64,000 bases of DNA from Candidatus Kapaibacterium sp. (GCA_963665665.1 OY762428.1:4384001-4448000); one strand, 5' to 3'. Counted from the stretch's first letter, positions 10,364-20,219 are shown. Notes: generated from the sequence alone by a model not told the origin. Made by a program: numbers and translations.

Positions 10364-11086
10364 TTAGCTATAAGTAATATTCGACACAACCGCAACATCC
10401 CCATCAAGCAACTGCAATGCTTCGGCAGATACAATATCGGGAGGAAGAATACCTTCAACATCGAGCCCGGTTCCGCCAAGCTTCCATGTAATTGCAGTAA
10501 ACAGCCCGACTGCTGTAAGATCAGCTTCAAGCAATCCGGAGTTTTTATAAGAAACAAATGTCATTGTCAGGCTTGCAGGATTATTGTTCAATTGCTGTTC
10601 AATATCATTATTGATCTTGCCTATCATGTGAATATAGCCGTCAGGCTTCCTGAGTGTTGCATCTGTTCTTGCTTTATGGGAATAACCTGTACCGATGGTA
10701 ATCATAAACAAAGCTCCCAATTTGCCCTGCAATTCCTTTAAGAATGCAGTCCATGAATTGGATTCCATCGGGGCCTCATTAGCAACGAGGGTGATTTCAC
10801 CTTTGCTTGTGGCATCGCTTGAAGAATCAGCCGGAGTAATATCAGTTTCATCAATACCGGAAAGAATAAGATTAGTTTTCGGAAACCGTATGATTGCCCC
10901 ATCAGAACGATTAATATCAATATTATCCGAACCGGCGGAATCAGAACCCGGTTTCAACAGCTTATATGTTGAAGACTGCAGGTTGTTGAATTTCCAAAGC
11001 TCTGTAATAGTATTGCTCTCAATCAGATGTACCCAAGCAAATGGAGAGCCAGTCAGTATAATCTTTTTATCAGTTGTAGTCGGCAT
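10364..11086 (-). CDS. Probable major tail (tube) protein
   Basis: 240 aa, S/T/G-rich, GGAG RBS, tail-module position. Function inferred from context only. Confidence 0.5.
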   Translation of the reverse strand: MPTTTDKKIILTGSPFAWVHLIESNTITELWKFNNLQSSTYKLLKPGSDSAGSDNIDINRSDGAIIRFPKTNLILSGIDETDITPADSSSDATSKGEITLVANEAPMESNSWTAFLKELQGKLGALFMITIGTGYSHKARTDATLRKPDGYIHMIGKINNDIEQQLNNNPASLTMTFVSYKNSGLLEADLTAVGLFTAITWKLGGTGLDVEGILPPDIVSAEALQLLDGDVAVVSNITYS

Positions 11087-11099
11087 TTCTAACTCCTAT

Positions 11100-11270
11100 C
11101 TATTTATTAATATTCTCTTCTTCAATCGGTACAGCTTGGAGATTTTCCTCTTCGGTTATTGGTGAAGCCTTGATTTCGTTCAACAGGTCAATTACCAGCT
11201 TAAATGGCTTGTCTTCCAATAGCTGAACCATCCGGTTCAATGTTTTCTCATTAATGATGTATTCCTGCAT
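11100..11270 (-). CDS. Small hypothetical protein (56 aa), not in ORF track
   Basis: MQEYIINEKTLNRMVQLLEDKPFKLVIDLLNEIKAS...; AGAGG RBS; fills the gap between genes. Confidence 0.6.
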   Translation of the reverse strand: MQEYIINEKTLNRMVQLLEDKPFKLVIDLLNEIKASPITEEENLQAVPIEEENINK

Positions 11271-11280
11271 TCTTACCTCT

Positions 11281-12816
11281 TTAAATTATTTCATTACAAA
11301 CAATTCCTTCAGTGCCACCTAAATACCGGGCATGAAGATAGCCACCAAGTATCTGCCTGAATGAACCGTTCGGCAGAGTAGCTTTCCATTTAACATCTCT
11401 TTGTCCGCATAGTTCGATCTGGACAAACATCATCACGCTTCCCTGAAGAGAATTATTATACCATTCCGGCAATTGTTGTTGGGGGAGAGGTATGAAATTT
11501 CCACTTTCGTCAATCAATCTCCAACTGTCTCCGGGAGTATCTAGTTCAAGGGTCTGCGGATTTTCTGTTCTGTATTTCGTTACCTGGTCAGAATCATATT
11601 CAATAACCCGTAAAAACATATCAAAATGATAGAAACCGTCAAATGGTAGACCTTCATTATCATCTGCCGGAACATTGCCAATGATGATGGTTAAAGGCGT
11701 AATACTGCCCTCGGGAATATCGAATCTTTTAAACCATGACGTTTTCGCACATTTTATCACCGTCATTTTAATATGGAACAGTTCGAAATTCTGAATTGGT
11801 ATAACCGGGTTGCCATGATCATCCGGCTGGTCGGAGAGCGAGCATCCTATAAAAATATCTTCATCGGATGTGAAGATAAATTCTTCGTTGAAGCTTATAG
11901 TATCACCAGATGACCAGTCGTATTCTGTTGATCGGATAAAGGTCCAGGCAGAGCTTTCATCAGACCTTGTTAGGTATTGGCAATAAATAGGCTGTGATGT
12001 AAAATCTGTATTACAGTCATTATCTGAAGGATTTGCTCCCCATTCACCTTCGATTTTTATTTTGAAATAATAACAGGGATCACCGGTGATTTTCAATCCT
12101 GTTGGAACATCTCCAAGCATCAGTTTATCACCTGATGAACTTGATATTAATTCATAAATCAGATGGTTCTTGCAGCAAATAATTTGCTTCAGTTCCTGTT
12201 TTAAATCATTCCGGGTTAGGAGAGAATCATCCTCTTTGCGTTCAAAGCTGACCAGTACCCATTTTTCAATATTGTTGTTATATGAAAATTCAGCTTTTGT
12301 TACTTTGTCAATATTTGTATTTGTTCCGGTATCGATCTTTTTATGATTTGCCGGTATTGTCTGTGTGGAATTGTCCTTAATGTTGAACCAGGATCCGTCT
12401 TTTGCCGTATAAACAAAATGCCTTCCCTTTAAAGCATTCCAGTCTGTTATAGTTCCGGAACTGCCGATGAAATGCAGAGTGCCGAGAGTATTTGAAGAAT
12501 TATCGCTGTATCCTTCCGATAAATTTATATTTGAATCTGACTGGTGTAGAAAATTGCTGGTTGCACTTGTGACAGTATCATCATCCCTTGGATTTGCCGG
12601 ATTCAGTGAATTTGTAGATTCATCGGTCCAGGATTTATTATCCCAGGTATTCCAGTTGGTGCCATCCCATACCAAAATCTTATCGTTATAATAAACAGAA
12701 TAACCCTTTTCATTAGTTCCCAATCCTGTTGGCAGAGAGCTTACATTTTCCAGTCTTCCTTTCATAATCTCAGTGAAGTTGAAGTCTGTATCATCAAGTA
12801 TTGGCCTGCCTGACAT
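11281..12816 (-). CDS. Putative tail fibre / receptor-binding structural protein
   Basis: Likely start MSGRPILDD at 12816 after a GGAGG RBS; N-terminus resembles the upstream fibre (PILDDTDF vs PFLNDIDL); LVWDGTNW motif. Confidence 0.55.
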   Translation of the reverse strand: MSGRPILDDTDFNFTEIMKGRLENVSSLPTGLGTNEKGYSVYYNDKILVWDGTNWNTWDNKSWTDESTNSLNPANPRDDDTVTSATSNFLHQSDSNINLSEGYSDNSSNTLGTLHFIGSSGTITDWNALKGRHFVYTAKDGSWFNIKDNSTQTIPANHKKIDTGTNTNIDKVTKAEFSYNNNIEKWVLVSFERKEDDSLLTRNDLKQELKQIICCKNHLIYELISSSSGDKLMLGDVPTGLKITGDPCYYFKIKIEGEWGANPSDNDCNTDFTSQPIYCQYLTRSDESSAWTFIRSTEYDWSSGDTISFNEEFIFTSDEDIFIGCSLSDQPDDHGNPVIPIQNFELFHIKMTVIKCAKTSWFKRFDIPEGSITPLTIIIGNVPADDNEGLPFDGFYHFDMFLRVIEYDSDQVTKYRTENPQTLELDTPGDSWRLIDESGNFIPLPQQQLPEWYNNSLQGSVMMFVQIELCGQRDVKWKATLPNGSFRQILGGYLHARYLGGTEGIVCNEII

Positions 12817-12826
12817 ATCTTCCTCC

Positions 12827-14410
12827 TTATCCGATAATAACCACTTTATAAACTTTACCGGAAGCCGGAGCAGTTTTAAAAGAAAACTTAGCATTGTTGG
12901 TATCGTACCTCTCAATTAGTGGATAAGCAGAATATCCGCTCGTGCTGTCATAGACATCTATTAGAATATCCTTGGAAGCAAGGTTGTGAGCAATAGTAAA
13001 TGTTGTTGTTGCAGCATTGCCTGTGATAGTTCCGAGAACCTTCTTGTTCTTGTAAGCCCCTTTGATCTGGATTTGATTGCCAACAATTTCAAGTGTTGAA
13101 TCATCAACATTAATCTTCAGGCCGCTTCCAGATTTTGATATACCGCCGGAAGAATCAAGCTTTGCCTGTAATGTATCACCGCTGATCTCAATTGACTGGC
13201 TATCTACATTAACATCCAACTGATTGCCTGTTTTTGACAACCCCAAGCCTGCAATTATCTGAGATGCACCTGTAAACTGTGTCCAGGAAACGGCAGTAGT
13301 TCCAAGTGTTCCACCGCTATCAACAGTACAAACCCAAGCAGTATCAGCATTAACAGAACCTTCCTCTACAAATACAGAAGCGGATACCAGTTCAGCCCAG
13401 GCATCATTATCGCTTGCCCTTGACCATGAAGTGGAAGCCACAATATAAATACCATTTTGTGCGGCTGTTGTCTGATTCTTTACCAAAACCCTGTCGCCAG
13501 CTGAAAGTGTAATCCCGTCAATAGTCTGAGTACCGGACAATGTTAAATTGCCAGTAGAAGCAACCCTGACACTGTTTTTCCAGTCGAAGCCCGCTACAAC
13601 ATTATCAACATAGTTCTTTGTAGCTGCATCCTGAGGGTTTGTAGGATCAGACAGATTAGTGATTTTCTGGCTGTTCAGGTTCAGAGATGTTGTTGGCAAA
13701 GCCATCTGATCAAGCCTGTTCTGCCTTACCCCTGTATCAAAATCAGTAATTTGCGTATGAACATGAGTATGTGAAGGCAGATCACCTGAGCTGAGATTTG
13801 TTGCAGAAGTTACCCTTCCTTTTGCATCAATGGTCAGTTTTGAGTATGTCCCTGCCGATACTCCTGTATTTGTAAGCTGGATACCGCTTGAGACTATTTC
13901 AATACCTCCACCGGAAACAATTCTGACATCTGCTTTAATCAGGTTACTAGCATCGGTATATGTCATATTAACCGAATATGTATCTGCAAGTGTTGTTCCA
14001 ACAGCATCCTGTGCAGCTTCATTGAAATTTGAAATGGTAGATGCTAACTGTGTCCCGGTATGATTCGAGCGACTAAGATAATATGAACCATGCTGACTGT
14101 CAAGGGTATCTGCATTATCGGCTTCTTCTACGATTCCGTCATTATCAGAATCATAGACAGACTTCTGCATATCGGGATATATCCAGCTTGTAGCTGTTCT
14201 ATAGCCAAATTTACCATCGCCATTAACACTGTCAGTTTTTCCAGTATTATGCAATATCTGTCCGGCTAATGGCGATGCAGGCTCAGAAGCCAGATTCTGC
14301 ACAATGGCATTCCTGATCTCATTTTTATCCAAATCCAGATAACCCGTGCTGTTCAGGATTTTCAGTATTCCCGATAAATCTATATCATTCAAAAATGGAA
14401 TTGACGGCAC
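12827..14410 (-). CDS. Tail fibre-like virion protein
   Basis: Common phage fibre motifs ITNLSDPTNPQDAATKNYVD and DWKNSVRVAST...GDRVLVKNQTTAAQNGIY. Confidence 0.75.
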   Translation of the reverse strand: MPSIPFLNDIDLSGILKILNSTGYLDLDKNEIRNAIVQNLASEPASPLAGQILHNTGKTDSVNGDGKFGYRTATSWIYPDMQKSVYDSDNDGIVEEADNADTLDSQHGSYYLSRSNHTGTQLASTISNFNEAAQDAVGTTLADTYSVNMTYTDASNLIKADVRIVSGGGIEIVSSGIQLTNTGVSAGTYSKLTIDAKGRVTSATNLSSGDLPSHTHVHTQITDFDTGVRQNRLDQMALPTTSLNLNSQKITNLSDPTNPQDAATKNYVDNVVAGFDWKNSVRVASTGNLTLSGTQTIDGITLSAGDRVLVKNQTTAAQNGIYIVASTSWSRASDNDAWAELVSASVFVEEGSVNADTAWVCTVDSGGTLGTTAVSWTQFTGASQIIAGLGLSKTGNQLDVNVDSQSIEISGDTLQAKLDSSGGISKSGSGLKINVDDSTLEIVGNQIQIKGAYKNKKVLGTITGNAATTTFTIAHNLASKDILIDVYDSTSGYSAYPLIERYDTNNAKFSFKTAPASGKVYKVVIIG

Positions 14411-14420
14411 AAATACCTCA

Positions 14421-14496
14421 GTTAATAGTTGACAATTGAAAGTTGACAGTTTTTTTCTTTAACTATCAACTATCCACTGTAAACTATCAACTATCC
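14421..14496. repeat. Inverted heptamer array (GTTGAYA-type, then TATCAAC-type)
   Basis: gttaatagttgacaattgaaagttgacagtt ... aactatcaactatccactgtaaactatcaactatcc. Confidence 0.85.
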
Positions 14497-14534
14497 TTGT
14501 ATTATTACAGGTACTGAGTGTGGGTAGGGAGTGA
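14479..14534 (-). promoter_or_regulatory. Putative late promoter, copy 3
   Basis: TGAGTGTGGGTAGGGAGTGA at 14515-14534; GTAAACTAT box 34 nt away. Confidence 0.65.
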
Positions 14535-14579
14535 AGGTGGGAAGGCTGGGTAATGAGTAGTTACGACCCGTATGGCAGC

Positions 14580-15356
14580 TATTAATTTTTTTAGCCATTG
14601 TTGTATTTTGTTTTTAATTCTGTCGGATTATATTTATTTCTATGAACTCTAAATTCTGATATTGCTTGATTTCCATATTCCATACAATTTTCTAAAACTC
14701 TTTATATGTTTCCGTTTCTAAAATTTGATTGAGAATTAAATCATCATAATTTGTCCGGTTTAATGGCTATGTTGGGATTTTACCATTGCATGGAATATTT
14801 ACGTAAGGTGTAAACATCATTACAATCCATCTGAAAGCGTCATACTTATCTTTTAATTTAAAATATTTTTCTTTATCCACCTCTGTCATTTTCTCAAACC
14901 TCTTGGAAGGATTGGTTCAATATATGTCAAAAGAGCGTCCAAATCTTTTGATATTTATTTTAAAAAATATTCATAAAACCAACTTTCAAAAAATGTAGAT
15001 TGAAAACCATTCCAAGTCAATAATTCTATATTTGTAAGTTCAGATGCTTTTTTCGCACCAGACTGGAAATCACTTGTTGTAATTATATATCCGATATTAC
15101 AACCTAAGTCAGATATGTCAGTTCTAAATCCGTGAATCACTTTCTGTGGAATATTTGATTTCCAATGTTTACATTCGCATATTATGGAATATTTTCTTCC
15201 TTTAATTGTCTCTTCTGCATAAAAATCAATTACAGCTTGTCCTCTTACTGTATCTACTGTTTTTTCAACTTCGACTTAAAAGCCACATTTTTCAAGTATA
15301 TTTCCAACTTCGGTTTGCAAAACTTGCCAAGTATCTGGAATTTTATCTGTAATCAT
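14580..15356 (-). pseudogene. Mrr-like (PD-(D/E)XK) restriction endonuclease pseudogene
   Basis: MITDKIPDTWQVLQTEVGNILEKCGF*VEVEK...IDFYAEE...IICECKHWKSNIPQKVIHGFRTD...GYIITTSDFQSGA; in-frame stops; 3' end approximate. Confidence 0.75.
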
Positions 15357-15384
15357 TGATGTTTCTGGATTGTTTTTAAATTAA

Positions 15385-15520
15385 GTACTACGGTAAGTAT
15401 AGAATAGTAACGGATTTCAAACCATTAAACTGTCAGATTGCACCGACCTTTGATTTTTTATTTTACGATTCAAAATTGCACTGAACCCCACTATTGTTTA
15501 TATACATTGTAGTGAGTTCG
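15385..15520 (-). other. attC-like imperfect inverted repeat between two cassette-like ORFs
   Basis: Minus strand ACTCACTACAATGTATATAAACAATAGTGG...CCGTTACTATTCTATACTTACCGTAGTAC, starting just after a stop codon and ending shortly before the next ATG. Confidence 0.55.
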
Positions 15521-15530
15521 TGCTTTCGCT

Positions 15531-16346
15531 TTAAATTGTTCTGTGTTTTATTTTATAGGCTATTTCTTGTCCGGCGTCTGTTAATTTAAATATATTATTC
15601 TCTGTTTTTATCAAGTACCCTTTTTTAACGAGTTGCTTAACAACCAATATCCAATGAAGACGATTGTCTCTATCACCACGAGACTTCCCTGATAGTTCTA
15701 TTTCTGTTTGAGTTCTTTCCCAACCCCATTGCATATCGCACATATCTCCAGGAACCCACAAACATTCAAATTCACCTTTTGCAGCGGCAATTTTACATGG
15801 ACTTTGATAATTGAACAGTCTTAGAAGCAATTTGCTTTCATATTCACTTAGTGCTTGGTCTTGTGGGGTTTCATTTTTTATTATTTCTTTGATGTCTAAT
15901 AATGCAGTCTGTATATTTTTTATTTCCGCACTTATATTAAACACTTCTTCTTTATAGTTGCACACAATATTCAAATCATGCAGTTTCTTTGATTTCTTTA
16001 TATTGTTGTCAAAAATCTGAAAAAACAACTTAAGCTCTTTTTCAGTCGGATTTATTATTCTTTCATCTCGGATGAATTCTTGTTCAACTAATTTTAAGTC
16101 CATTTCTACGGTAAACCGAAATTTTAAAAATTCATCCAACAAAAGTTGTGAAGTATAAAATGGAATTTTATCAGTCTCCTTAATAGGATTTTCTTTCTCA
16201 AACTCTTCAACTGTTTTATCTATTATGTCACACAGTTCACTTTCATATTCGGTTATGTTTGTCTTGGTAATTTTGTTATAACCCAAAGAAACGAGTTTAG
16301 TCGCCAAACTTTGAGCCACGCTTGTGAGTATTGTAGAAATTAGCAT
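15531..16346 (-). CDS. Hypothetical protein (helical N-terminus, wHTH-like C-terminus), moron cassette
   Basis: 271 aa, AT-rich; C-terminal VKQLVKKGYL...FKLTDAG is wHTH-like; own TATATTTG promoter box at 16421-16428. Confidence 0.7.
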   Translation of the reverse strand: MLISTILTSVAQSLATKLVSLGYNKITKTNITEYESELCDIIDKTVEEFEKENPIKETDKIPFYTSQLLLDEFLKFRFTVEMDLKLVEQEFIRDERIINPTEKELKLFFQIFDNNIKKSKKLHDLNIVCNYKEEVFNISAEIKNIQTALLDIKEIIKNETPQDQALSEYESKLLLRLFNYQSPCKIAAAKGEFECLWVPGDMCDMQWGWERTQTEIELSGKSRGDRDNRLHWILVVKQLVKKGYLIKTENNIFKLTDAGQEIAYKIKHRTI

Positions 16347-16502
16347 TTTTAATCAAGTTTAGTCAATAGCTTCTTATTAATGAACTGTCACTTAACATGA
16401 CGCACAACACATAAATAAAACAAATATACACAATAATCAACTCCAATATACAAATAATATTTAAATTCAACAGTTTAATTTATTCTAATAATTAATTCAA
16501 CC

Positions 16503-16790
16503 TCAATTACAAACCGCTACCCCAGTAAAAGCAAACTTGAACTCGATTTGAAGTTCATTTTCAGAGATATGCTCAATATGACCGAAAACAACATTACCGG
16601 AGCTGTCGAGGGTGGAAACGGAAGGCCTTTTGTTGAGGTTGTGGGTGACATTCCAGATTTGGCTTGCTGTAAGCTGTTCGTGGATATAGTGAGCATCGGC
16701 AATACCCGGTTCAAGGTCATCAGGTTTGATTTTGCCGAGCTTGTTGAATTTTATCTCGCCATTTTCTATTTCTGCTTTTTGGACATACAT
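16503..16790 (-). CDS. Small virion structural protein
   Basis: YIHEQLTASQIWNVTHNLNKRPSV motif, similar to the fibre C-terminus (FTIAHNL). Confidence 0.6.
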   Translation of the reverse strand: MYVQKAEIENGEIKFNKLGKIKPDDLEPGIADAHYIHEQLTASQIWNVTHNLNKRPSVSTLDSSGNVVFGHIEHISENELQIEFKFAFTGVAVCN

Positions 16791-17236
16791 TATTTAGTCA
16801 GGCTCCCGACTGTAAAACCAACTGCCACACCACCTATAATATAAACCGGGGTCTCCCACCAGGAGCGTTCTCTCATGATTTCTTTTGTGATATAAATTGT
16901 CTGAATCATCGTACTGTCCGGCTTCTTCCTTATCATCAGGTTGAAATTGTTATCAGGAAACTCGTATTTCGCATATACCGTATCCCTTTTGATTACTGTG
17001 TCAACCACAGCCACAAATGGCTTTGTCTCAATTATCGTATCCCGTTTGTAGATTATTTTCGGCTTAATCTTCTCAATAACTATCGGTTCGGATTCCTTAA
17101 TAATCAGAACTGTATCCTTCCGGACAATGGTATTTGTAATCGGGTCGCAATGCTTTGTTGACCTTCCCAGAAAGAATGCCATGGCAATCATCACGAGGAT
17201 CAGGATTGTTCCGGCTATGTATTTATATTTTTCCAT
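16790..17236 (-). CDS. Putative spanin-like lysis accessory protein
   Basis: N- and C-terminal hydrophobic segments, DTV repeats, directly after the endolysin. Confidence 0.5.
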   Translation of the reverse strand: MEKYKYIAGTILILVMIAMAFFLGRSTKHCDPITNTIVRKDTVLIIKESEPIVIEKIKPKIIYKRDTIIETKPFVAVVDTVIKRDTVYAKYEFPDNNFNLMIRKKPDSTMIQTIYITKEIMRERSWWETPVYIIGGVAVGFTVGSLTK

Positions 17237-17841
17237 CAGCTATTTACCGGAGTAAATCCAACAAAACCTTTGACAGCCATCCTTCCTATGAAATGCTTAT
17301 AATTCCTCTTTCTGATATAAACACCTTCGCCGTCATCCTGAGAGCCTTTCCTGCCTGAACTCGTATTAAAGCCAACAGTTCTTATCCAACCGACTTTCAT
17401 CACTTCAATGATCCTTTCCACATGACCACGCCATACCTTTGGTTTCTTCCAGAAAATCAGGTCATTGACTTTCGGAAAAGGAAATGTTTTCCTGCCGTTC
17501 TTCAGAGCATGGTTAAACATAGATACTGTAGAGCCTGTTCTTTTAATCGGAATTTCAGATAATTCAAATCCCAAGTCCTGACAGGCAGAATTAAAGCACC
17601 AGTATTGGCCTGCCGCACAATATGGATTACCTTTTCTCAGACCGACAGATTTCAGGTATTGCTCAACTATATAGCCGTCATTTCTACCTGACTTTTCCCT
17701 AACTCCAACCTGAGCAATGGCAGAATCAGCCGATGCCTGAATCAATTCACTCCTGCACGGCATTACATATCTTGCAAGCGAAAAAAGCTCGACAGAGGCC
17801 GCTATATGAAGCAATATCAGCAATATTATCTTATATTTCAT
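17236..17841 (-). CDS. Endolysin, CHAP-like, with N-terminal signal
   Basis: GVRE...GNPYCAAG (Cys), GHVERI (His), VGFNTS. Confidence 0.75.
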   Translation of the reverse strand: MKYKIILLILLHIAASVELFSLARYVMPCRSELIQASADSAIAQVGVREKSGRNDGYIVEQYLKSVGLRKGNPYCAAGQYWCFNSACQDLGFELSEIPIKRTGSTVSMFNHALKNGRKTFPFPKVNDLIFWKKPKVWRGHVERIIEVMKVGWIRTVGFNTSSGRKGSQDDGEGVYIRKRNYKHFIGRMAVKGFVGFTPVNS

Positions 17842-17849
17842 GGCATCAC

Positions 17850-18194
17850 CTAATTAGCAAACTGAGCGATATAAACACCAAGGACAATCAGCCCAACAAG
17901 AATATGCACCCCAAGGAATATGTATCCGAGAACGTTGACAACTGCTCCCTTTTCAGAGGAATTGATCTTGCCGTCTTCTCCTTCCAATAGGAATTTCGTA
18001 AAGGGTATCCGTGTATAAACATAAAGGGCTACTCCGGACAATGCCAATGCTGATGCTTCAAGAAATGCTATCAGAAGAAAAGTCTGAATCTCGGCGCTTC
18101 CAGGTTTCAGGAAGAAGTATGCAATAGCTCCGAGGATTATCCAGACTGTGTTTCTGGAAATAAAATCGATTACTGCTTTGAGTTTTTCGTTCAT
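17850..18194 (-). CDS. Putative holin (3 TM)
   Basis: Hydrophobic 114 aa ORF upstream of the endolysin. Confidence 0.55.
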   Translation of the reverse strand: MNEKLKAVIDFISRNTVWIILGAIAYFFLKPGSAEIQTFLLIAFLEASALALSGVALYVYTRIPFTKFLLEGEDGKINSSEKGAVVNVLGYIFLGVHILVGLIVLGVYIAQFAN

Positions 18195-18205
18195 ATTTTA
18201 CCTTT

Positions 18206-18496
18206 CTAATGTGTGCTTACTAAATGCTTGTTAAATCTGTTCTGAAGCTCAGTAAGAATGTCTTTTATGGCTTCAAGCTCCTTTTTTACCTGGTCATCAT
18301 AGAGGTCAACCCTTTGTTCCAAGAGTTTTACCCTGCGTTCCAGGTCATTGAATTTTTCCACATCTGCCAGCTTCTTTGAGAAAATTTCCTCATTGGCTTT
18401 TCGATTATCCCTTTTAAGCATGAAATAAAAGGTCAGAAGCCCGATAATCAGGATTCCGAACTGGATGATGTTATATATCAGATTGCTTGTAGTCAC
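18206..18496 (-). CDS. Membrane-anchored coiled-coil protein (holin/antiholin-like)
   Basis: One TM plus coiled coil, within the lysis cluster. Confidence 0.5.
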   Translation of the reverse strand: MTTSNLIYNIIQFGILIIGLLTFYFMLKRDNRKANEEIFSKKLADVEKFNDLERRVKLLEQRVDLYDDQVKKELEAIKDILTELQNRFNKHLVSTH

Positions 18497-18499
18497 GCC

Positions 18500-18901
18500 C
18501 TAATCCCCAATGAAATAAACCGTCGGAAGCATAAACCTCATCTCATAATGCCATTTGTCATCCTCGACAAAAAGGAACTTCTCAGTCAGAGGATAAAGCT
18601 TCATATTCTCAATGTAGAGATCATTTGTCAGGGAATACCTGACCTTGTCCAGAGTTTCATAAGCCCCGAGATGAGAGCGAAGGTTCCTGACAATAACGAT
18701 CACATCAATTTCAATCATCCTTGCCTGCTGTTCCAGCCTTGGATTTGTATAGTTCGAGCCTTCATAACTAACCAAAACCGCACCGTTGGGATGCAGCAGC
18801 TCGTAATCCTTCACATTCTCCGGGAAAGGCTCAACAGCCAGATCGCTAATATCCGCCTGAAGCTTTGCTACAACAGCTTCCTCTATTTCCTTGATTGTCA
18901 T
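18500..18901 (-). CDS. Mu gp37-like tail terminator/head-tail protein
   Basis: VEPFPEN..DYELLHPNGAVLVSYEGS...VRNLRSHLGAY motif; follows gp36. Confidence 0.8.
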   Translation of the reverse strand: MTIKEIEEAVVAKLQADISDLAVEPFPENVKDYELLHPNGAVLVSYEGSNYTNPRLEQQARMIEIDVIVIVRNLRSHLGAYETLDKVRYSLTNDLYIENMKLYPLTEKFLFVEDDKWHYEMRFMLPTVYFIGD

Positions 18902-19317
18902 AAGTAATTATCCATCGCTTTCTTTGGTACAACAGGCTCTCTTTCAGACACCAGAAAGAATCCCGGCCTTGTTTCCGGAGTTCCTTCATTAAGAGTGATT
19001 GTTCCTTTCTGCAGCTTCTCCAATGTAGAAATGCTGTCCTTGTAAAGATTCTGAATGCTATCGAAGACCTTGCCTCTCCGCTTGTACAGCTCATATTTCA
19101 CAATGTCAATACATACTTTTCTCAGGATAGAATGTTCATTCTCAAGGGGAAGATTATATCTTGACCTCAGAAATCCGTCAATGAAATCTCCGGCATCTGA
19201 AATATACTTATTAACCAAGGCTTCATCCACAACATTAGGATCAGCATCATTACTGAGCTGGGCAGTCACCTTCTCGGTCAAATCATCTTTTATATCCTGA
19301 ATTGTACAGTACATCAT
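18898..19317 (-). CDS. Mu gp36-like (DUF1320) head-tail adaptor
   Basis: MYCTIQDI...ISDAGDFIDGFLRSRYNLPL...CIDIVKYELY motif. Confidence 0.85.
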   Translation of the reverse strand: MMYCTIQDIKDDLTEKVTAQLSNDADPNVVDEALVNKYISDAGDFIDGFLRSRYNLPLENEHSILRKVCIDIVKYELYKRRGKVFDSIQNLYKDSISTLEKLQKGTITLNEGTPETRPGFFLVSEREPVVPKKAMDNYL

Positions 19318-19347
19318 CTTTCGCAAAAAGTATTTTCAAATCTCATT

Positions 19348-19404
19348 GCGAAGTTATTAGGATTTGATGTAGTGTCCTATGCATTGAGTGCGGGTAGGGA
19401 GTGA
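19348..19404 (-). promoter_or_regulatory. Putative late promoter, copy 4
   Basis: TGAGTGCGGGTAGGGAGTGA at 19385-19404; GCGAAGTTA box 35 nt away. Confidence 0.65.
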
Positions 19405-19500
19405 TTTTATTTGGGGAATGCTTGCTTAAATTTAATATTTACATAATATTTCTTAATTTGATATTAGAATTATTGTGGTTTAAATTTCCAAGGATTTAAA

Positions 19501-20166
19501 ATGGATGATATTATTTTAAAATTAATTCCTAAAGAAAATATTACTGTGGAGTTTTTAGAGCTTGTTACAAAAATAGCAAACGGTGAGGATATAAATCTGT
19601 CTGGATATGAAGTCTTTGAAGTTAGTGATAAAGTTTTGTCTTTTAAAGAGGACATTGTAAAATATTTACTTGAGCATGGATTCCATAGTCTGATAGAAGT
19701 AGAGTCGATAAATGAAGAATTAATAACGCAAACTACACCACAGAACAAAGTTGTGGCAATTTTCCAAGCATACTTAGATAAAGTCAATATTGATTCTGAA
19801 TTGATTATTGTTGATCCATATTTCTATGCTGGTTCGGCTAATTTAAATTACTTAAATATCTTATCTTCTGTACTTAGTAGATATATAAATAAGATAGATA
19901 CAATTATTATTATTACTAAAAATGAAATTAATAATAAATCTCAGGTTGATAATACTTTATTGAATTTAAAATCAACACTTAATATTATCCATAATATAAC
20001 TAATGATTTTCATGACAGATTTTGGATTTCAAATAGTCGACAAAATGGAGTAGTTTTAGGAACATCATTCAATGGACTTGGAAATAGAATTGCTTTGATT
20101 GATAGATTAAATATTTCTGATGTAAGATTGATTGTTACAGAACTGAATAATCGTAGTTTAATTTAA
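19501..20166 (+). CDS. Moron protein with PLD-like/nuclease-like C-terminal domain
   Basis: IIVDPYF...FHDRFWI...LGTSFNGLG; AT-rich; antisense to the late genes. Confidence 0.6.
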   Translation: MDDIILKLIPKENITVEFLELVTKIANGEDINLSGYEVFEVSDKVLSFKEDIVKYLLEHGFHSLIEVESINEELITQTTPQNKVVAIFQAYLDKVNIDSELIIVDPYFYAGSANLNYLNILSSVLSRYINKIDTIIIITKNEINNKSQVDNTLLNLKSTLNIIHNITNDFHDRFWISNSRQNGVVLGTSFNGLGNRIALIDRLNISDVRLIVTELNNRSLI

Positions 20167-20188
20167 GTGAAAATTGGTTAGAAAATGC

Positions 20189-20212
20189 CGCCCCCTATCG
20201 ACATAGAGGGCG
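20189..20212. terminator. Hairpin between convergent capsid and moron genes
   Basis: CGCCCCCTAT-CGAC-ATAGAGGGCG. Confidence 0.55.
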
Positions 20213-20219
20213 TTTCCAT

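Noticed and set aside
12817-12915. N-terminal extension of the 544 aa ORF
   Set aside because: It overlaps the upstream fibre gene, and a strong GGAGG RBS supports the start at 12816.
14955-15140. Independent 61 aa gene
   Set aside because: It is an in-frame fragment of the interrupted Mrr-like gene starting at 15356.
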